Assembly (NCBI GenBank): GCA_030390025.1
Contig: CM059432.1
Span: 91,700,001 to 91,764,000 of the forward strand
From: Squalus acanthias
Taxonomy: Eukaryota
Reading direction: 5' to 3'
DNA length: 64,000 nucleotides
The notes beneath the pieces were generated by a model. That model saw only the letters and a list, made by a program, of their open reading frames with translations, did not search any database and was not told where the DNA came from. Within the stretch, counting starts at the first letter, position 1; every line of letters begins with the position of its first letter. Position numbers and translations under genes: made by a program. This document shows positions 39,101 through 48,309 of this stretch, piece by piece.

Positions 39101-42100
39101 ATGTATCCACCCATTCCACCAGCCTACCTATGTCTTCTTGAGGTCTATTACTATCTTCCTCACTGTTAACTACCTCACTGTTAACTACACTTTGGATCAT
39201 CTGCAAATTTTGAAATTGTGCCCTGTACCCCCAAGTCCAATTCATTAATGTATATCGAAAACAGCAGTGGTCCTAGTACTGAACCCTGGGGAACACCACT
39301 GTATACCTCCCTCCAATCTGAAAAATAGCCATTCACCACAACTCTCTCTTTTCTAGCCCTTACACAGTTTTGTATCCATGCTGCTACTGCCCCTTTTATC
39401 CCATGGGCTTCAATTTTGCTAACATACCTAATATATGGTACTTTACCTTTTGAAAGTCCATATACACAACATCAACTGTACTGCCCTCTCTGTTAACTCA
39501 TCAAAAACCTCAAATCAAGTTAGTCAAATATGATTTGCCCTAAACAAATCCATGCTGGCTCTCCTTCGTTAGTCCATGTTTGTCCAAGTGGCTGTTAATT
39601 TTCTCCCAGATGATTGTTTCTAAAAGCTTCCCTACCACCGACATTAAACTGACTGCCCTGTAATTGGCAGGTTTATCCTTCTCCCCTTTTTTGAACAAGG
39701 GTAACATTTGCAATCCTCCAGTCCTTTGGCACCACCCATGTATCTAAGGAGGATTGGAAGATTGTGGCCGGCACCGCCGCAATTTCTACCCTTACTTCAG
39801 CAACCTTGGATTCATCCCATCTGGACCGGATGACATATCAGGGGCGATTTTCCCAGCCTCGAGGAGGCGGGACAGTTTGGAAAAAAATCACAAAAAGTGA
39901 AGGCGGGTTTGGATCCGCAATGTGGACCTGCCTAAGCCGAAGAGATGCCATCACGCCAACAGTTTGCCATCACCTAATTTTAATTCACACAGGGATGGCA
40001 TTTCATCAATAAACAGAAACAATCACCCAATCTGCACACAGATCTGGAGGTTATATCCCTTGCCAGCTGGACCCACACAGCCTTGGTTTCGTTGGGAGGT
40101 CTCTAGCTCTCGTCCGCTCAACCAGGATACCCAGCGCCTCATCAGAGAACCTTGGGGAGGCCCTTGCCTCGGAGCTGGCCATTCTTCAATGAGATAAAAG
40201 TTTGGAGGTGGTGCAGCATTGACCAAAAACCAGTGGAATGAGCCAAGGCAGCAAGCAGCCCTTAAATGAAGCTGGATAAGTGACGTCAGCAGAGGCGAGT
40301 TTCAGTCCCAAAAGACTAATTGGCCCAGGGAACCCACACCTCTGAAATTAACTGGCTAATTAGGGGAAAATCGCAAATTTTTCCCACCCGACAGTGGAGG
40401 CGGGTTTGGAACCCACCCTAAACCGAAACCCGCCTCCAATGGGAAAATCACCCCCACACACTTTAATTACTGCCAGCCTGTTTAGTACATCCTCTTTATT
40501 TTTATCTCATCCAGTATCCCAGCAACCTCCTCATTTACCATAGCTTTGGCAAAGTCCTCTTCCTTGGTAAAAACTGATGCAAAGTGCTCATTTAGTACAA
40601 TAGCAAAATACTGCAGATGCTGGAAATCCAAAACAACAACAGAAAACGCTGGAAAAACTCAGCAGGCGAGGCAGCATCCGTGGAGAGAGAAACAGAGTTA
40701 ACGTTTCAGGTCGAGACCTTTCTGATGAAAGGTCTCGACCTGAAACGTTAACTCTGTTTCTCTCTCCACGGATGCTGCCTCGCCTGCTGAGTTTTTCCAG
40801 CGTTTTCTGTTGTTACTCATTTAGTACCTCAGCTATGCCTTCTGCCTTCACCAATAGTTTTCCATTTTGATCCCTAATTGGCCCCACCGCTGCTCTGGCA
40901 ACCCTTTTACTGTTAACATGCCTATAGAAGACCTTTGGATTCCCTGTTATGTTAGCCCCTTTTATGTTATTTTACACCACCTGATTTTTGGTGTTGCTGA
41001 GAATCATAAAAAATTTGTATCACTGTCTTAGTCTTGCACCTCTGTCTTAAGCCTTCTCTCGCTCTCTGCTTTTCTATTTGTGGTGTCTGCATCACTCTTG
41101 CTAATGATGTTATATTGTCTCACTCTTTTTGCAAGTCTCCCTTTTCTCATTGTTTGCAGCCCCTCTAGTCTCCTCTCTCTTTCATACGTCTCCAATGTTT
41201 CTGTGTGGCTCTAAACATGTTCCTTTACTGATATGCGCAATAGCTACTTTTTTTTTTTTTAAAGGCCTACGCTACTTGGGTAAACGGCAGGGTTGGGTGG
41301 GCGGGGGGGGGGGGGCGGAGGTGGGCAACACATACTGGTTTAGAGGTAGTAGCAAGGAGAGGCTGTCAGAGACGAGCTATAAAATGGGCGATTCAGAGAA
41401 AACTTTGTGCTGATGGCCTGGCAAGGGGAGATTATGTGGAGGGATGGGGAGGTTGTAGCCAGGCAAAGCACTGGGTTTGAGTAGTACAGTGGAAAGGGGC
41501 AGTGGAAGGTGCAAACTGGGAGGAAATCTGGAACGGGCATGACCTGGGGGGAACTGTGGGAGTGCCAGTGTCTGGAATCACAGGATGGAATTGTGATCTG
41601 GGACCTGGAGAACTTTAGGATGACTGTGCTCAACCAGCACTCATAGGAAGTCTGGAGTGCAGGACAATTCACAAGTTGGGGTGTGGAGCACTCAAGGGGG
41701 GATTCCCAATACTGGGAAAACTCAGAAGGTTGGAGATCTGAGCATGCCAAGGGAGACAGGTGCTGGAATGTATGTGGGCAGTTGGGCAGAGCTGGAAGCA
41801 CAGATCATTGGTATGGGAGGAGTGGGGGGTGCTAGGCTGGGCTGTCAAAGTAATTGGAAGGATAAGACACTGGAAGACAGTTGTAGAATCACAGGGTGGG
41901 CAAGGATAGCAAGAATCACTGAAGAGGGAGATGGGAAACTGGAAGAAATAATCTTGCTGATACTCTTTCCATACCTAAGAGTGATAATGAAGTGTTTACT
42001 TATTTATTTTGCACATACAGAAACATAAATGGGAAAATTGCACATTAAATCACATACTTGGCAAAGTGCAAAATAGTTTTAAGTCTTATGGCTCCATCCA

Positions 42101-45015
42101 GATGCACATGAAGTTCAACCTGTAAAAGAGAATTGACATAACAATGTTTGTCAAACAGGAAATCCCCCCTCCCCACCACCTCCGCAGCACGTGCCACAGA
42201 TCCTCAAAAATCATTATGAAGGCTAATCTGGCAAAGCACACATTAAGAATTTCAGATAAGGGCTTGTGGGAATGTGGAATGCAAAATTTTTTTTTTTTTT
42301 TAAAAGGCACGCCCAATATTAAATGATATCCACAATGTTAATCAATTGCATGACAGAAACCGTAAATTGGGCTTAGATCACTTCTGGAGCAAGCAACAAA
42401 TAATTTCACTAATGTCAATATATATTTCAAAAGAAAATTAAAACAAAGCTATCTAGCACATACATAGAAGTGGGGTGTTCACTGATGATTGCGCAGCGTC
42501 CAGTTCCATGCGCAACTCCTCAGATAATGAAGCAGTCCATGCCCACATGCAGCAAGAGCTGGACAACATTCAGGCTTGGGCTGATAAGTGGCAAGTAACA
42601 TTCGGCGACACAAGTGCAAGGCAATGACTAGCTCCAACAAGAGGGAGTCTAACCACCGCCCATTGACATTCAACAGCATTACCATCACCGAATCTCCCAC
42701 TATCAACATCCTGGAGTCACCATTGACCAGAAACTTAACTGGAACAGCCATATAAATACTGTGGCTATAAGAGCAGGTCAGAGGCTGGGTATTCTGTGGC
42801 AAGTGTCTCAACTCCTGACTCCCCAAAGCCTTTCCACCATCCCTGGAGTGTGATGGAATACTTTCCACTTGCCTGGATGAGTGCAGCTCCAACAACACTC
42901 GAAGCTCGACACCATCCAGGACAAAGCAGCCCGCTTGATTGGAATCCCATCCACCACCTTAAACATTCACTCCCTCCACCACCAGCACATCATGGCTGCA
43001 GTGTGTACCATCTACAAGATGCATTGCAGCAACTCGCCAAGGCTTCTTCGACAGCACCTCCCAAACCCATGACCTCTACCACCTAGAAGGACAAGGGCAG
43101 CAGGCGTATGGGAACACCATCACCTCCAAGTTCCCCTCCAAGTCACACACCATCCTGACTTGGAAATATATTGCCGTTCCTTCATCGTCACCAGGTCAAA
43201 GTCCTGGATCTCCCTCCCTAACCGTACTGTGGGAGTACCTTCATGGTCTGCAGCGGTTCAAGAAGGGGGCTCACCATCACCTTCTCAAGTGCATTTGGGA
43301 ATGAGCAATAAATGTTGGCCTTGCCAGCAATGTCCACATCCCAGGAACAAATAAAAGATGTACCAACCAATTGAAGCACCCCACAGCCTCTACCTCCTGT
43401 TGTCATGGTGCCTGCAAATTATTGGCCAGTATTGTCTGCTGTGAGCAGGAATTGTTGCAATGTCAGGAATCTGTGCCCACAATTTGCAGTGGTATTCCAT
43501 CACTTACAGCAGACATTAGGAAGTAGAAGCTGGGAAAGAAACCAGGAGTGGTTCTTTGGGGGTGAAAGAGAAGAGTCAGGAGGAAAGGAGATGGCAGGTC
43601 CAGCATGAAATGGGTGAAACGGGGGTGCAGCAACGTGAACTGGGGAGGCTGGTGGCGGGGGAGGAAAGCGCCAGCATGAAATTAGCAAAAGCGCAAAGTG
43701 CCAGTTTGAACTGAAATACTGGAAGATGCACCAAATAAGGTGTCAAATTCAAAATGTTCCAGGGAAGCAAGCTCTTAGACTCCCCCCACCCCAGAAAATA
43801 AATATTGCACTTAGAACAGCTTTTAAAACTCACATGTACTTAACGTGCAAAGGAATATTGGGTATATCTAGCTTAAGTTAGTAGCCTGTGTTCCATGGCA
43901 CTTTCACATATTTAAGGTATTTTGAAGTGGTCAGCTTTTTTGGGAACTGAGTTTTTTTTCTAAAGCTGTTGATCAGCTTTTGCCAGCTCTCTAGTCTAAT
44001 ATATATGCCAGTAATAAATAAGTGTTAAAAAAAGTTTTCCCAAATTTAAAAGTAATTGGTGTCAGAAATCCAGCCCTGTTGTCCACTTTATTGTTAGTCA
44101 AAAACGGTGCAGCACTGAAGTTACACTAATTGGATGGACGCGTCCCATAATTTCCCATCCTCACCAGGAGCATGAGTGTAAACTTATAAAATCACCCCTA
44201 GTGTGTCCAAGGAGGTAATTTTAAAATGTTGAAAAGCACAAGTAAAACGATAATTTGTATATGTATTACTGGATACTTGTTATTTTAATTTTTTCATTGG
44301 AACCATTTAAAGAAAGTATGCCCATCTTCACAGTAGAAAGCGGGTTGCTCCACACAATTATTTTTGGTCATCCCAATTTAATGTTAGAATTAGGGTGCAC
44401 TCACAGTACAAATGTAGTGTCAGTATAAAGCAGTTTGGCGTTGCACAAATGCAGTCTGAATCTGGGAATAGCGCCCAACCTAACATTGGAATAAAGCCGA
44501 GTGAGACTCCCTGGAGCAAGCGGATTCGCTTTGCATCCTTTGCGGGTCAGTTCAGACTTTGGCATCACCAGGAGACTAAACTTGTGGAGTGAAAGCACAT
44601 CCTTTAGTCAGACAACTCCTGGTCCCGGAAACAAACGCGGCTAACTGTAGAAACACTACAGCACAGGATATCAAAATAATTACATTAAAAAAAAGGGACT
44701 TTTGAAAACTTAAGTTTCATTAAAATAACTCTTTCGAAAGCATTACCTCCAGTATTGTACTATCTGAAGAGAAACCAATTTAAACATACACGCAATAAAT
44801 GCAATCAAAATGTTTTGGATGCAAAATCGGTGAGATGGGACAGTCTCCTAAAATAAAATTAAACTAAACAGAACGCTCCTCCCCTTGCCAAAGAGTTGAA
44901 TTAGAATCTCACATTAGCTCTCGATTTCCTGCACAAATTGCCACTACTTTGAAGTGCCCAGTTTGAGCCTTACCTTGGGTTTGCTGAACGGTACTCCTGA
45001 GGCTTCCTCTGCCAT
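3030..45015 (-). CDS. ada: Adenosine deaminase (ADA1 family), spliced CDS exons 1-7; 3' part lies outside the window
   Basis: Seven GT-AG exons (42/62/123/144/116/125/72 bp) join in frame, with phases matching vertebrate ADA. Motifs: [12 protein letters not shown] (Zn ligands H15/H17), [26 protein letters not shown] (H214, catalytic E217). Orthologue versus paralogue not resolved. Confidence 0.93.
5239..5363 (-). CDS. ada: ADA exon 6 ([41 protein letters not shown])
   Basis: 125 bp, polypyrimidine tract plus CAG acceptor, GTAGGA donor. Confidence 0.95.
5430..6673 (+). mobile_element. Old, internally deleted Harbinger element
   Basis: Transposase remnants ([33 protein letters not shown]). 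Right terminus GAATTTCTACCCC ends at 6673. Left boundary approximate. Confidence 0.7.
6901..7016 (-). CDS. ada: ADA exon 5 ([38 protein letters not shown])
   Basis: 116 bp, cctAG acceptor, GTAATT donor. Confidence 0.95.
7190..8320 (-). mobile_element. CR1 LINE 3' fragments, interrupted by a SINE
   Basis: [19 protein letters not shown]...RDL RT tail on the minus strand. The 3' UTR resembles 33600-33830. Confidence 0.75.
7490..7938 (+). mobile_element. tRNA-headed Deu-domain SINE (SacSINE1/AmnSINE1-like), near full length
   Basis: A box TGGTTCAGTTGG, B box GGTTCAAGTC, Deu core GGATGAGACATTAAACCGAGG...CCCCGGTGTCCTGG, L2-type tail GGCACTATATAAATGCAAGT. Confidence 0.8.
8321..9380 (+). pseudogene. 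HARBI1-like transposase, frameshifted
   Basis: ORFs 8285-8632, 8605-9210 and 9153-9503 carry GVINCTH (D to N), LLGDKGYP and [17 protein letters not shown]. Confidence 0.88.
9637..11407 (-). pseudogene. Harbinger Myb/SANT-like (trihelix) DNA-binding protein, intron-containing, degenerate
   Basis: Exon 1 reads [21 protein letters not shown]...AWLEIA...[12 protein letters not shown], with donor AAG|GTGAGT at 11169. The last exon has a coiled coil and a basic tail (RKRKK). Confidence 0.8.
11704..12780 (-). mobile_element. CR1 LINE ORF2 fragment
   Basis: [17 protein letters not shown]...[20 protein letters not shown]. Confidence 0.8.
12890..14352 (+). mobile_element. L2 LINE 3' portion with an internal 186-bp tandem duplication
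   Basis: RT remnants [33 protein letters not shown]-like [13 protein letters not shown]. Tail GGCGCTATATAAATACAAGTTGTTG. Confidence 0.85.
13112..13484 (+). repeat. Perfect 2 x 186-bp tandem duplication
   Basis: Unit GCCACTTTCTCAATG...GGAAAAACTG starts at 13112 and 13298. Confidence 0.92.
14460..14690 (-). mobile_element. L2 fragment, inverted relative to 13780-13990
   Basis: [11 protein letters not shown]...[11 protein letters not shown] on the minus strand. Confidence 0.8.
14705..15040 (+). mobile_element. SINE sharing its 3' tail with the LINE at 42475-43354
   Basis: B-box-like GAGTTCAAATCC. Tail CCACCACCTT...GGGCAA...CCTTGCCAGCGAC also occurs at 38312-38430 and 43270-43345. Confidence 0.55.
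15370..15583 (-). repeat. Gypsy 3' LTR
   Basis: Direct repeat of 19661-19875, preceded by the PPT. Confidence 0.93.
15990..18753 (-). pseudogene. pol: Gypsy pol (PR-RT-RNaseH-IN), with frameshifts and a stop
   Basis: [48 protein letters not shown] plus D,D(35)E. Frameshifts near 18170 (G-run) and 17990, premature stop at 16127. Confidence 0.9.
18754..19560 (-). CDS. gag: Gypsy gag (268 aa, two CCHC knuckles); in frame with the protease after a TAG
   Basis: [14 protein letters not shown] and [14 protein letters not shown]. Confidence 0.85.
   Translation of the reverse strand: MEKLLRPARLDLDPNAPAAAKVWKHWFRTFSNFLEECGADVPNKLRMLINYVSPHVYDYIEDCIDYDTAIEILQQLYVKSPNEIFARHLLATTRQQPGESLDEFLQKLRRLSKDCNLKAVSAEQYQEELIRDSFINGIASPFIRQRLLENKTLNLRAAYDQACSLDLAKKNADTYLPPRARAAAISFNESFGRSRADAPTDVDSTLMDDDPTLEAFADDDPALAASWQSGRKCFFCGGACHHRKFCPARNVTCNHCSKKGHFSKVCQS
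19661..19875 (-). repeat. Gypsy 5' LTR
   Basis: Direct repeat of 15370-15583. TATAAATA and ATTAAA on the minus strand. Confidence 0.93.
19957..20100 (-). CDS. ada: ADA exon 4 ([48 protein letters not shown])
   Basis: 144 bp, cccCAG acceptor, GTAAGT donor. Confidence 0.95.
20727..20862 (+). mobile_element. Penelope-type terminal repeat fragment with a short inverted part
   Basis: Similar to 28560-28687 and 40599-40815. Confidence 0.55.
21041..21207. mobile_element. Foldback MITE (imperfect palindrome, arms about 80 bp)
   Basis: GAATTTCCTCAGCGATTTTCCCGCTTGGCCACTGTAAC pairs with GTTGCAATGGCCAAGCAGGAAAACCCCTGAGAAAATTC. Confidence 0.7.
21304..22010. mobile_element. GC-rich non-autonomous DNA transposon (Harbinger-type ends)
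   Basis: Degenerate ends GGGGGAGAAGTG and CAATATCTAGTCC; CpG-rich interior. Confidence 0.5.
22030..22815 (-). mobile_element. Non-autonomous Harbinger-type element, inverted relative of 32243-32885
   Basis: Shares the CTGGTAAAAGCAGGC...GCTTTTACCAG hairpin, an AT-rich core and the terminus AAAATACGGCCC. Confidence 0.7.
22850..23420. mobile_element. Two degenerate Deu-SINE fragments in opposite orientation
   Basis: Minus copy at about 22850-23070. Plus copy from about 23103 (TGGCTCAGTTGGTAG...CCCACTCCAGGACTTGAGCAC). Confidence 0.55.
24169..24291 (-). CDS. ada: ADA exon 3 ([41 protein letters not shown])
   Basis: 123 bp, tttAG acceptor, GTAAGT donor, KFxYYMPxIA motif. Confidence 0.93.
24640..26079 (+). 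mobile_element. Long solo LTR (1440 bp) inserted in an L2 fragment
   Basis: TGTAAT...CCCTTCA termini. 4-bp TSD GGGA (24636-24639, 26080-26083). TATAA at 25211, AATAAA at 25730. The minus-strand L2 resumes on both sides. Confidence 0.8.
26318..27086 (+). mobile_element. CR1 LINE 3' end
   Basis: [17 protein letters not shown]...RRMRGDLIE. Ends CTCCTATTTCTTATGTTATGTTCTT. Confidence 0.88.
27100..29010 (-). mobile_element. Old CR1 fragment interrupted by a Penelope element
   Basis: ILKFADDTK on the minus strand. Sequence resumes after 28687. Confidence 0.65.
27784..28687 (+). mobile_element. Penelope-like element, 5'-truncated, with GIY-YIG endonuclease remnant and terminal repeat
   Basis: [58 protein letters not shown]. 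10-bp TSD GTCCAAATCA (27774-27783, 28688-28697). Confidence 0.85.
30170..30817 (+). mobile_element. L2 LINE 3' end
   Basis: [11 protein letters not shown]...LHWLPVK; tail GGCGCTATATAAATACAAGTTGTTGTTGTT. Confidence 0.88.
31503..33592 (+). mobile_element. CR1 ORF2 fragment interrupted by a MITE
   Basis: [47 protein letters not shown]. Confidence 0.9.
32243..32885 (+). mobile_element. Non-autonomous Harbinger-type element with AAT TSD
   Basis: TIRs GGGCCGGATTTTCCG and CAGAAATTCAGGGCC. Removing it restores CR1 TATATTAATGAC (IYIND). Confidence 0.85.
33595..36245 (-). mobile_element. CR1 LINE (3' end to RT), tail-to-tail with the previous CR1, interrupted by a MITE
   Basis: [40 protein letters not shown] on the minus strand. 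Confidence 0.9.
35027..35755. mobile_element. Non-autonomous Harbinger-type element
   Basis: Perfect 12-bp TIR GGCCCAAAAATT. Flanks AAT and ATT. CR1 is continuous across it. Confidence 0.85.
36256..37020. mobile_element. Non-autonomous Harbinger-type element in a CR1 tail
   Basis: GGGGCGATTTT...AAAATCCAGCCC; the right end is identical to the copy A terminus. Confidence 0.75.
37021..37845. mobile_element. Two CR1 3' fragments (minus 37021-37613, plus 37614-37845)
   Basis: [11 protein letters not shown]...[15 protein letters not shown] on minus; CR1 3' UTR on plus. Confidence 0.8.
38246..38440 (+). mobile_element. LINE 3' tail with a 50-bp tandem duplication
   Basis: Unit CCACCACCTTCTCAAGGGC...GGGCTTG starts at 38312 and 38362. 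Confidence 0.7.
38672..38890. mobile_element. Penelope-type inverted terminal repeat with hammerhead-like cores
   Basis: Arms of about 87 bp around a 7-nt loop (38759-38765). Core CTGACGA-A-GGAGC/GCTCC-GAAA. Confidence 0.7.
39841..40454. mobile_element. Non-autonomous Harbinger-type element
   Basis: TIR GGGGCGATTTTCCCA / TGGGAAAATCACCCC (14 of 15 match). Confidence 0.8.
40599..40815. mobile_element. Penelope-derived perfect hairpin insertion
   Basis: 88-bp arms (40635-40722, 40727-40814). 12-bp TSD CTCATTTAGTAC (40587-40598, 40816-40827). Confidence 0.8.
42058..42119 (-). CDS. ada: ADA exon 2 ([21 protein letters not shown])
   Basis: 62 bp, ttttacAG acceptor, GTATGT donor, HxH zinc motif. 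Confidence 0.95.
42475..43354 (+). mobile_element. CR1-group LINE 3' portion (different family)
   Basis: [57 protein letters not shown]. Confidence 0.75.
44974..45015 (-). CDS. ada: ADA coding exon 1 ([14 protein letters not shown]); in-frame upstream ATGs at 45057 and 45054
   Basis: Ends in KPK with donor AAG|GTAAGG, as human exon 1 (MAQTPAFDKPK). Confidence 0.88.
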
Positions 45016-45057
45016 CCTCAGTTTCTGGAGGTTGAGTGCGAGTCGACGACGCATCAT

Positions 45058-45300
45058 TTAAGTAGAATTTCTTGCTGGCATCAGGCAGATAAAAACACGC
45101 CTCTTCCTCTTTCAGTGCTCAAGATGTTGCTGCTCTCTGTGTTTTTAACAAGGATCGATACGCCCAACATTTAACTCTGTCAAGGTCACTTTTTTAATCA
45201 CCGGTCAAAGACGCCAGAAGAAATTGTGCACTTATCAGTCTTATCAGTCCAATTCAGTGTTGTCCAACAAGCGAGTCACTTTCCACATGTGGCTAATTGC
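45058..45300 (-). promoter_or_regulatory. ADA 5' UTR/proximal promoter: 7-codon uORF, tandem GATA sites, E-box
   Basis: uORF ATG at 45081, TAA at 45060-45058. CTTATCAGT twice at about 45232-45249. CACATG near 45285. Function inferred only. Confidence 0.4.
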
Positions 45301-46181
45301 ATTTTGATTAGTAAATAAAACACGTAACAGACACCATCGTTGGCCATGTGATCTCACTACTCATATTCACACAGGCATGTTGTACTTTATCCTTTTTGTG
45401 CGTTTGCTGGTAAAATTGTATGAAAAGCAGAGTGACATCTTTTAATGGAAAAGTAGATAAATCTTTTGAAGCACAGGAAGATACAGGACTTTGGGGAGAG
45501 TTGCGGGGTAGTGGGATTAATTTTGAATTGTTGTAGTTAAAAAATGGCACATACGAATTAGGTTAAATTTACTCCGGTCCTGTAAAATCTATCCTAACGA
45601 GTGAACTATTTTCTACATCAGGTCACATAGTATAGCAAAGCACAACTTCCGTTTTGTGTGTTCCTGCATACCTAAGAACTTGCTGTCATGTTGCTATGTT
45701 TTTGATATCTGAATACTATTATATAGCACTACTTACCGTTGTTACGGAAATGCGGAAAATGGAAGAAATTCTTACATTTGTACTAGTGAATCTTCAGTGG
45801 TGTGCCACACGACAACTCAAAGCACAGGGGTGTTGGTAAGGAAAGGACTGAAAGTTTTGATGGAGAAAGAAATGATGTAAGGTGGGAAGTTGTTTTGTAA
45901 TTACTTTTTTTTAGAGAGGAACATGAAAGAAATAATGGAACTTCAAGGGAACGTCGAATATCTAAGTAACGGAGCTGGAAGAGTGGGTATAAAATAAATA
46001 AATAATGGAACATGTAATATCGAAATAAAAGCTGGAATAGCAGGTATCACATCAATAAATAATGGAGCTGGAAGGAGAGCATGAAATAATTCATAATGAA
46101 GTTGGAAGGGGGAATAAAATAAATAGATAATGGGGCTGAAAGGAAGGAAGAATAAGTAAATAACAGAACTACCCCCTCCAA

Positions 46182-46272
46182 TGTGAGAAGTCCACAACAC
46201 CAGGTTATAGTCCAACAGTTTTATTTGAAATCACAAGCTTTCGGAGCGCTGCTCCTTTGTCAGGTGAAGTGA
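46182..46272 (-). mobile_element. Single arm of the Penelope-type repeat seen at 38672
   Basis: Near identical to 38677-38765. Confidence 0.7.
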
Positions 46273-48309
46273 CATACCCCCTCCAAGGCCAATATATCCC
46301 TGCTGAGATGCAGTGCCCAGAACTGAATGCCCTACTCCAGCTGGGGTCTGACCAAGGCTCTGTACAATTGAAGCATCACTTCCTCCCCTTTGTATTCCAG
46401 CCTCCATTGAGCTAAAAGGCAACATTCCATTAGCCTTTTTGATTACTTTTTTATATCTGTGCGCTAGCTTTTAGTGATTTATGTACATGGACACCCAAAT
46501 TTCTTTGCTCCTCCACAGTTTGTAGTCTCTCACTCTTAAGAATATTGAGGGACAGTTTTAGAGCCTTGAGCAGCGTGAGCCAGAGGAGTTGGGTCGAGGA
46601 GTCAACCTAGATTCCCAACATTAAATAACAGAAGCAGAGATCTGATGGAATGGGGCTGGAAAACAGGAATCAAGATTAGGAGTGGGGCTGGACGTATAAT
46701 ATTTTAATTTCAGCAGAGGCCTTCAGGAGCAGACTGTGAATATTGTAAGCAGGGCTGGAGGGATGTGGCTTGCAGGGGAGCAGGACTGAATGTTGAGCCA
46801 GCAGCAGAATGGGGGAGAGGGAGTGGCTTACATGGGAGGGGGCCACAGGGCCATATGTTTATCTTTTTTGAAGTGGAAATGGGCAGGGCCTAACCAGCAG
46901 CAGGGAGCAGGGAACCCGTTTTATTTTTTAAAAATTTGCAGCATGAAAAGTTTTAAAATTGAAGTACTTTTATTTTGTTTTCTTACATGTCCAATGTAGA
47001 GGTTTTGAAGAATCTGAAGACTATACATAACAGCATCATTCATTTGGCAGAAGCCCTACAACTATAGTGTGACAAATGTTCACATATGTTTTTTCAATTC
47101 TCAAACGTTGACAAGTTCCATGGGGCTTTTCCACCATTAATGTTGACATAAAAGAGAGATACAAAATTGTGGCAACAGGAAGTGCACGTCATCTGCCATG
47201 TTGAACCCATAGGCACCCAGTTTAGCCTGTAAAATGGGTGCAGCGCAATTCAATTTCTAAACCAGGGAATCAGAACCAAGTGTAGTCTTCGGGAGAAATG
47301 GGGTTAGAGGGCAGGGGATATTTGGACCAGGGAGCACATACATAACTCAGTCCCCATGTTAAAGTCATACATTCTGTTCTTATTTTTATATTTCTTTTAT
47401 AAATTCCTTTGTCCACATTTATAATGGAAACTGCTTATCTGAACTTGTCTTATTGTAATTATATCCTCCTGCCAATGGTGGTGAAGTACAGCGTGATACG
47501 TTTACATAGCCAATTTCCATTGAAATTATGGACATAAGAACTTATTGGAGTTGACAGGAATTGCATGCAGATGTAAGTATTTTTTTTAACAATTTACTAG
47601 TTGAACTCTTGTGGTGTTGCACACAAGAAGTGAAACAATATGTTGTTTGATAAGGAGAGGATGATCAAATGGTACAATGGAGAATGTGTCATTATAGACC
47701 AATATGGAAATTATATAATAAAAATAAACAATTGAAAATTGGGATAAAATAGCAAATTTGCAGCTTTTCATATAATTGTAGCATTTCAAAAATCAGGGTA
47801 AAAATATATAAATCTGAAATATATAACTTGTACAATGAAATGTATTATGTTTGATTTTATATATATTACATATATTACATCGATAATATGTGCAAAAACC
47901 AATAGATTTTTATCATGTGTATAAATTATTGAATATAATATGTAAATAGTATTTTGCATATAAATTATACAGTAAAATTATTAACATAATTTTACATTTG
48001 CATATCAGTTTCAATGCAATGGTTGCAGAGATAGCAATGCTTAAGTGATAGGGAAATATGAAACATTAGAGGAGGAATGAAGAGAAAATAGTTGGGCTCT
48101 GGAGAACTTGGTGGTAGCAAGTGGAAAAAAGGTTACGATGCCAAGTAGGTGATAAAAGTTTAGTGATCAGTTTCAGAAGAAAAGATAGGGGGTTATAGAG
48201 AATTTTGTACTGGTGAATGCGTTAGTGGCATGAGGTCCAAAGAGCACTATTACTGATAAAAAGACACAACACGTCTTTATCTTCGCAGTCAACGGGCTGA
48301 ATTTTAAAG

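Larger units (their letters stand above)
38891..40960 (-). mobile_element. CR1 fragment hosting a MITE and a Penelope hairpin
   Basis: [10 protein letters not shown]...RDLGVFVH on the minus strand. Confidence 0.8.

Noticed and set aside
42368..42381. 14-nt match to the ADA exon 5 start (TGGGCTTAGATCAC)
   Set aside because: Several 14-mer matches are expected by chance in 64 kb, and there is no convincing extension.
45900..46170. Purine-rich degenerate repeat (GGAGCTGGAAG/AATAAATAAT) and its ORFs
   Set aside because: Low complexity with no supportable function.
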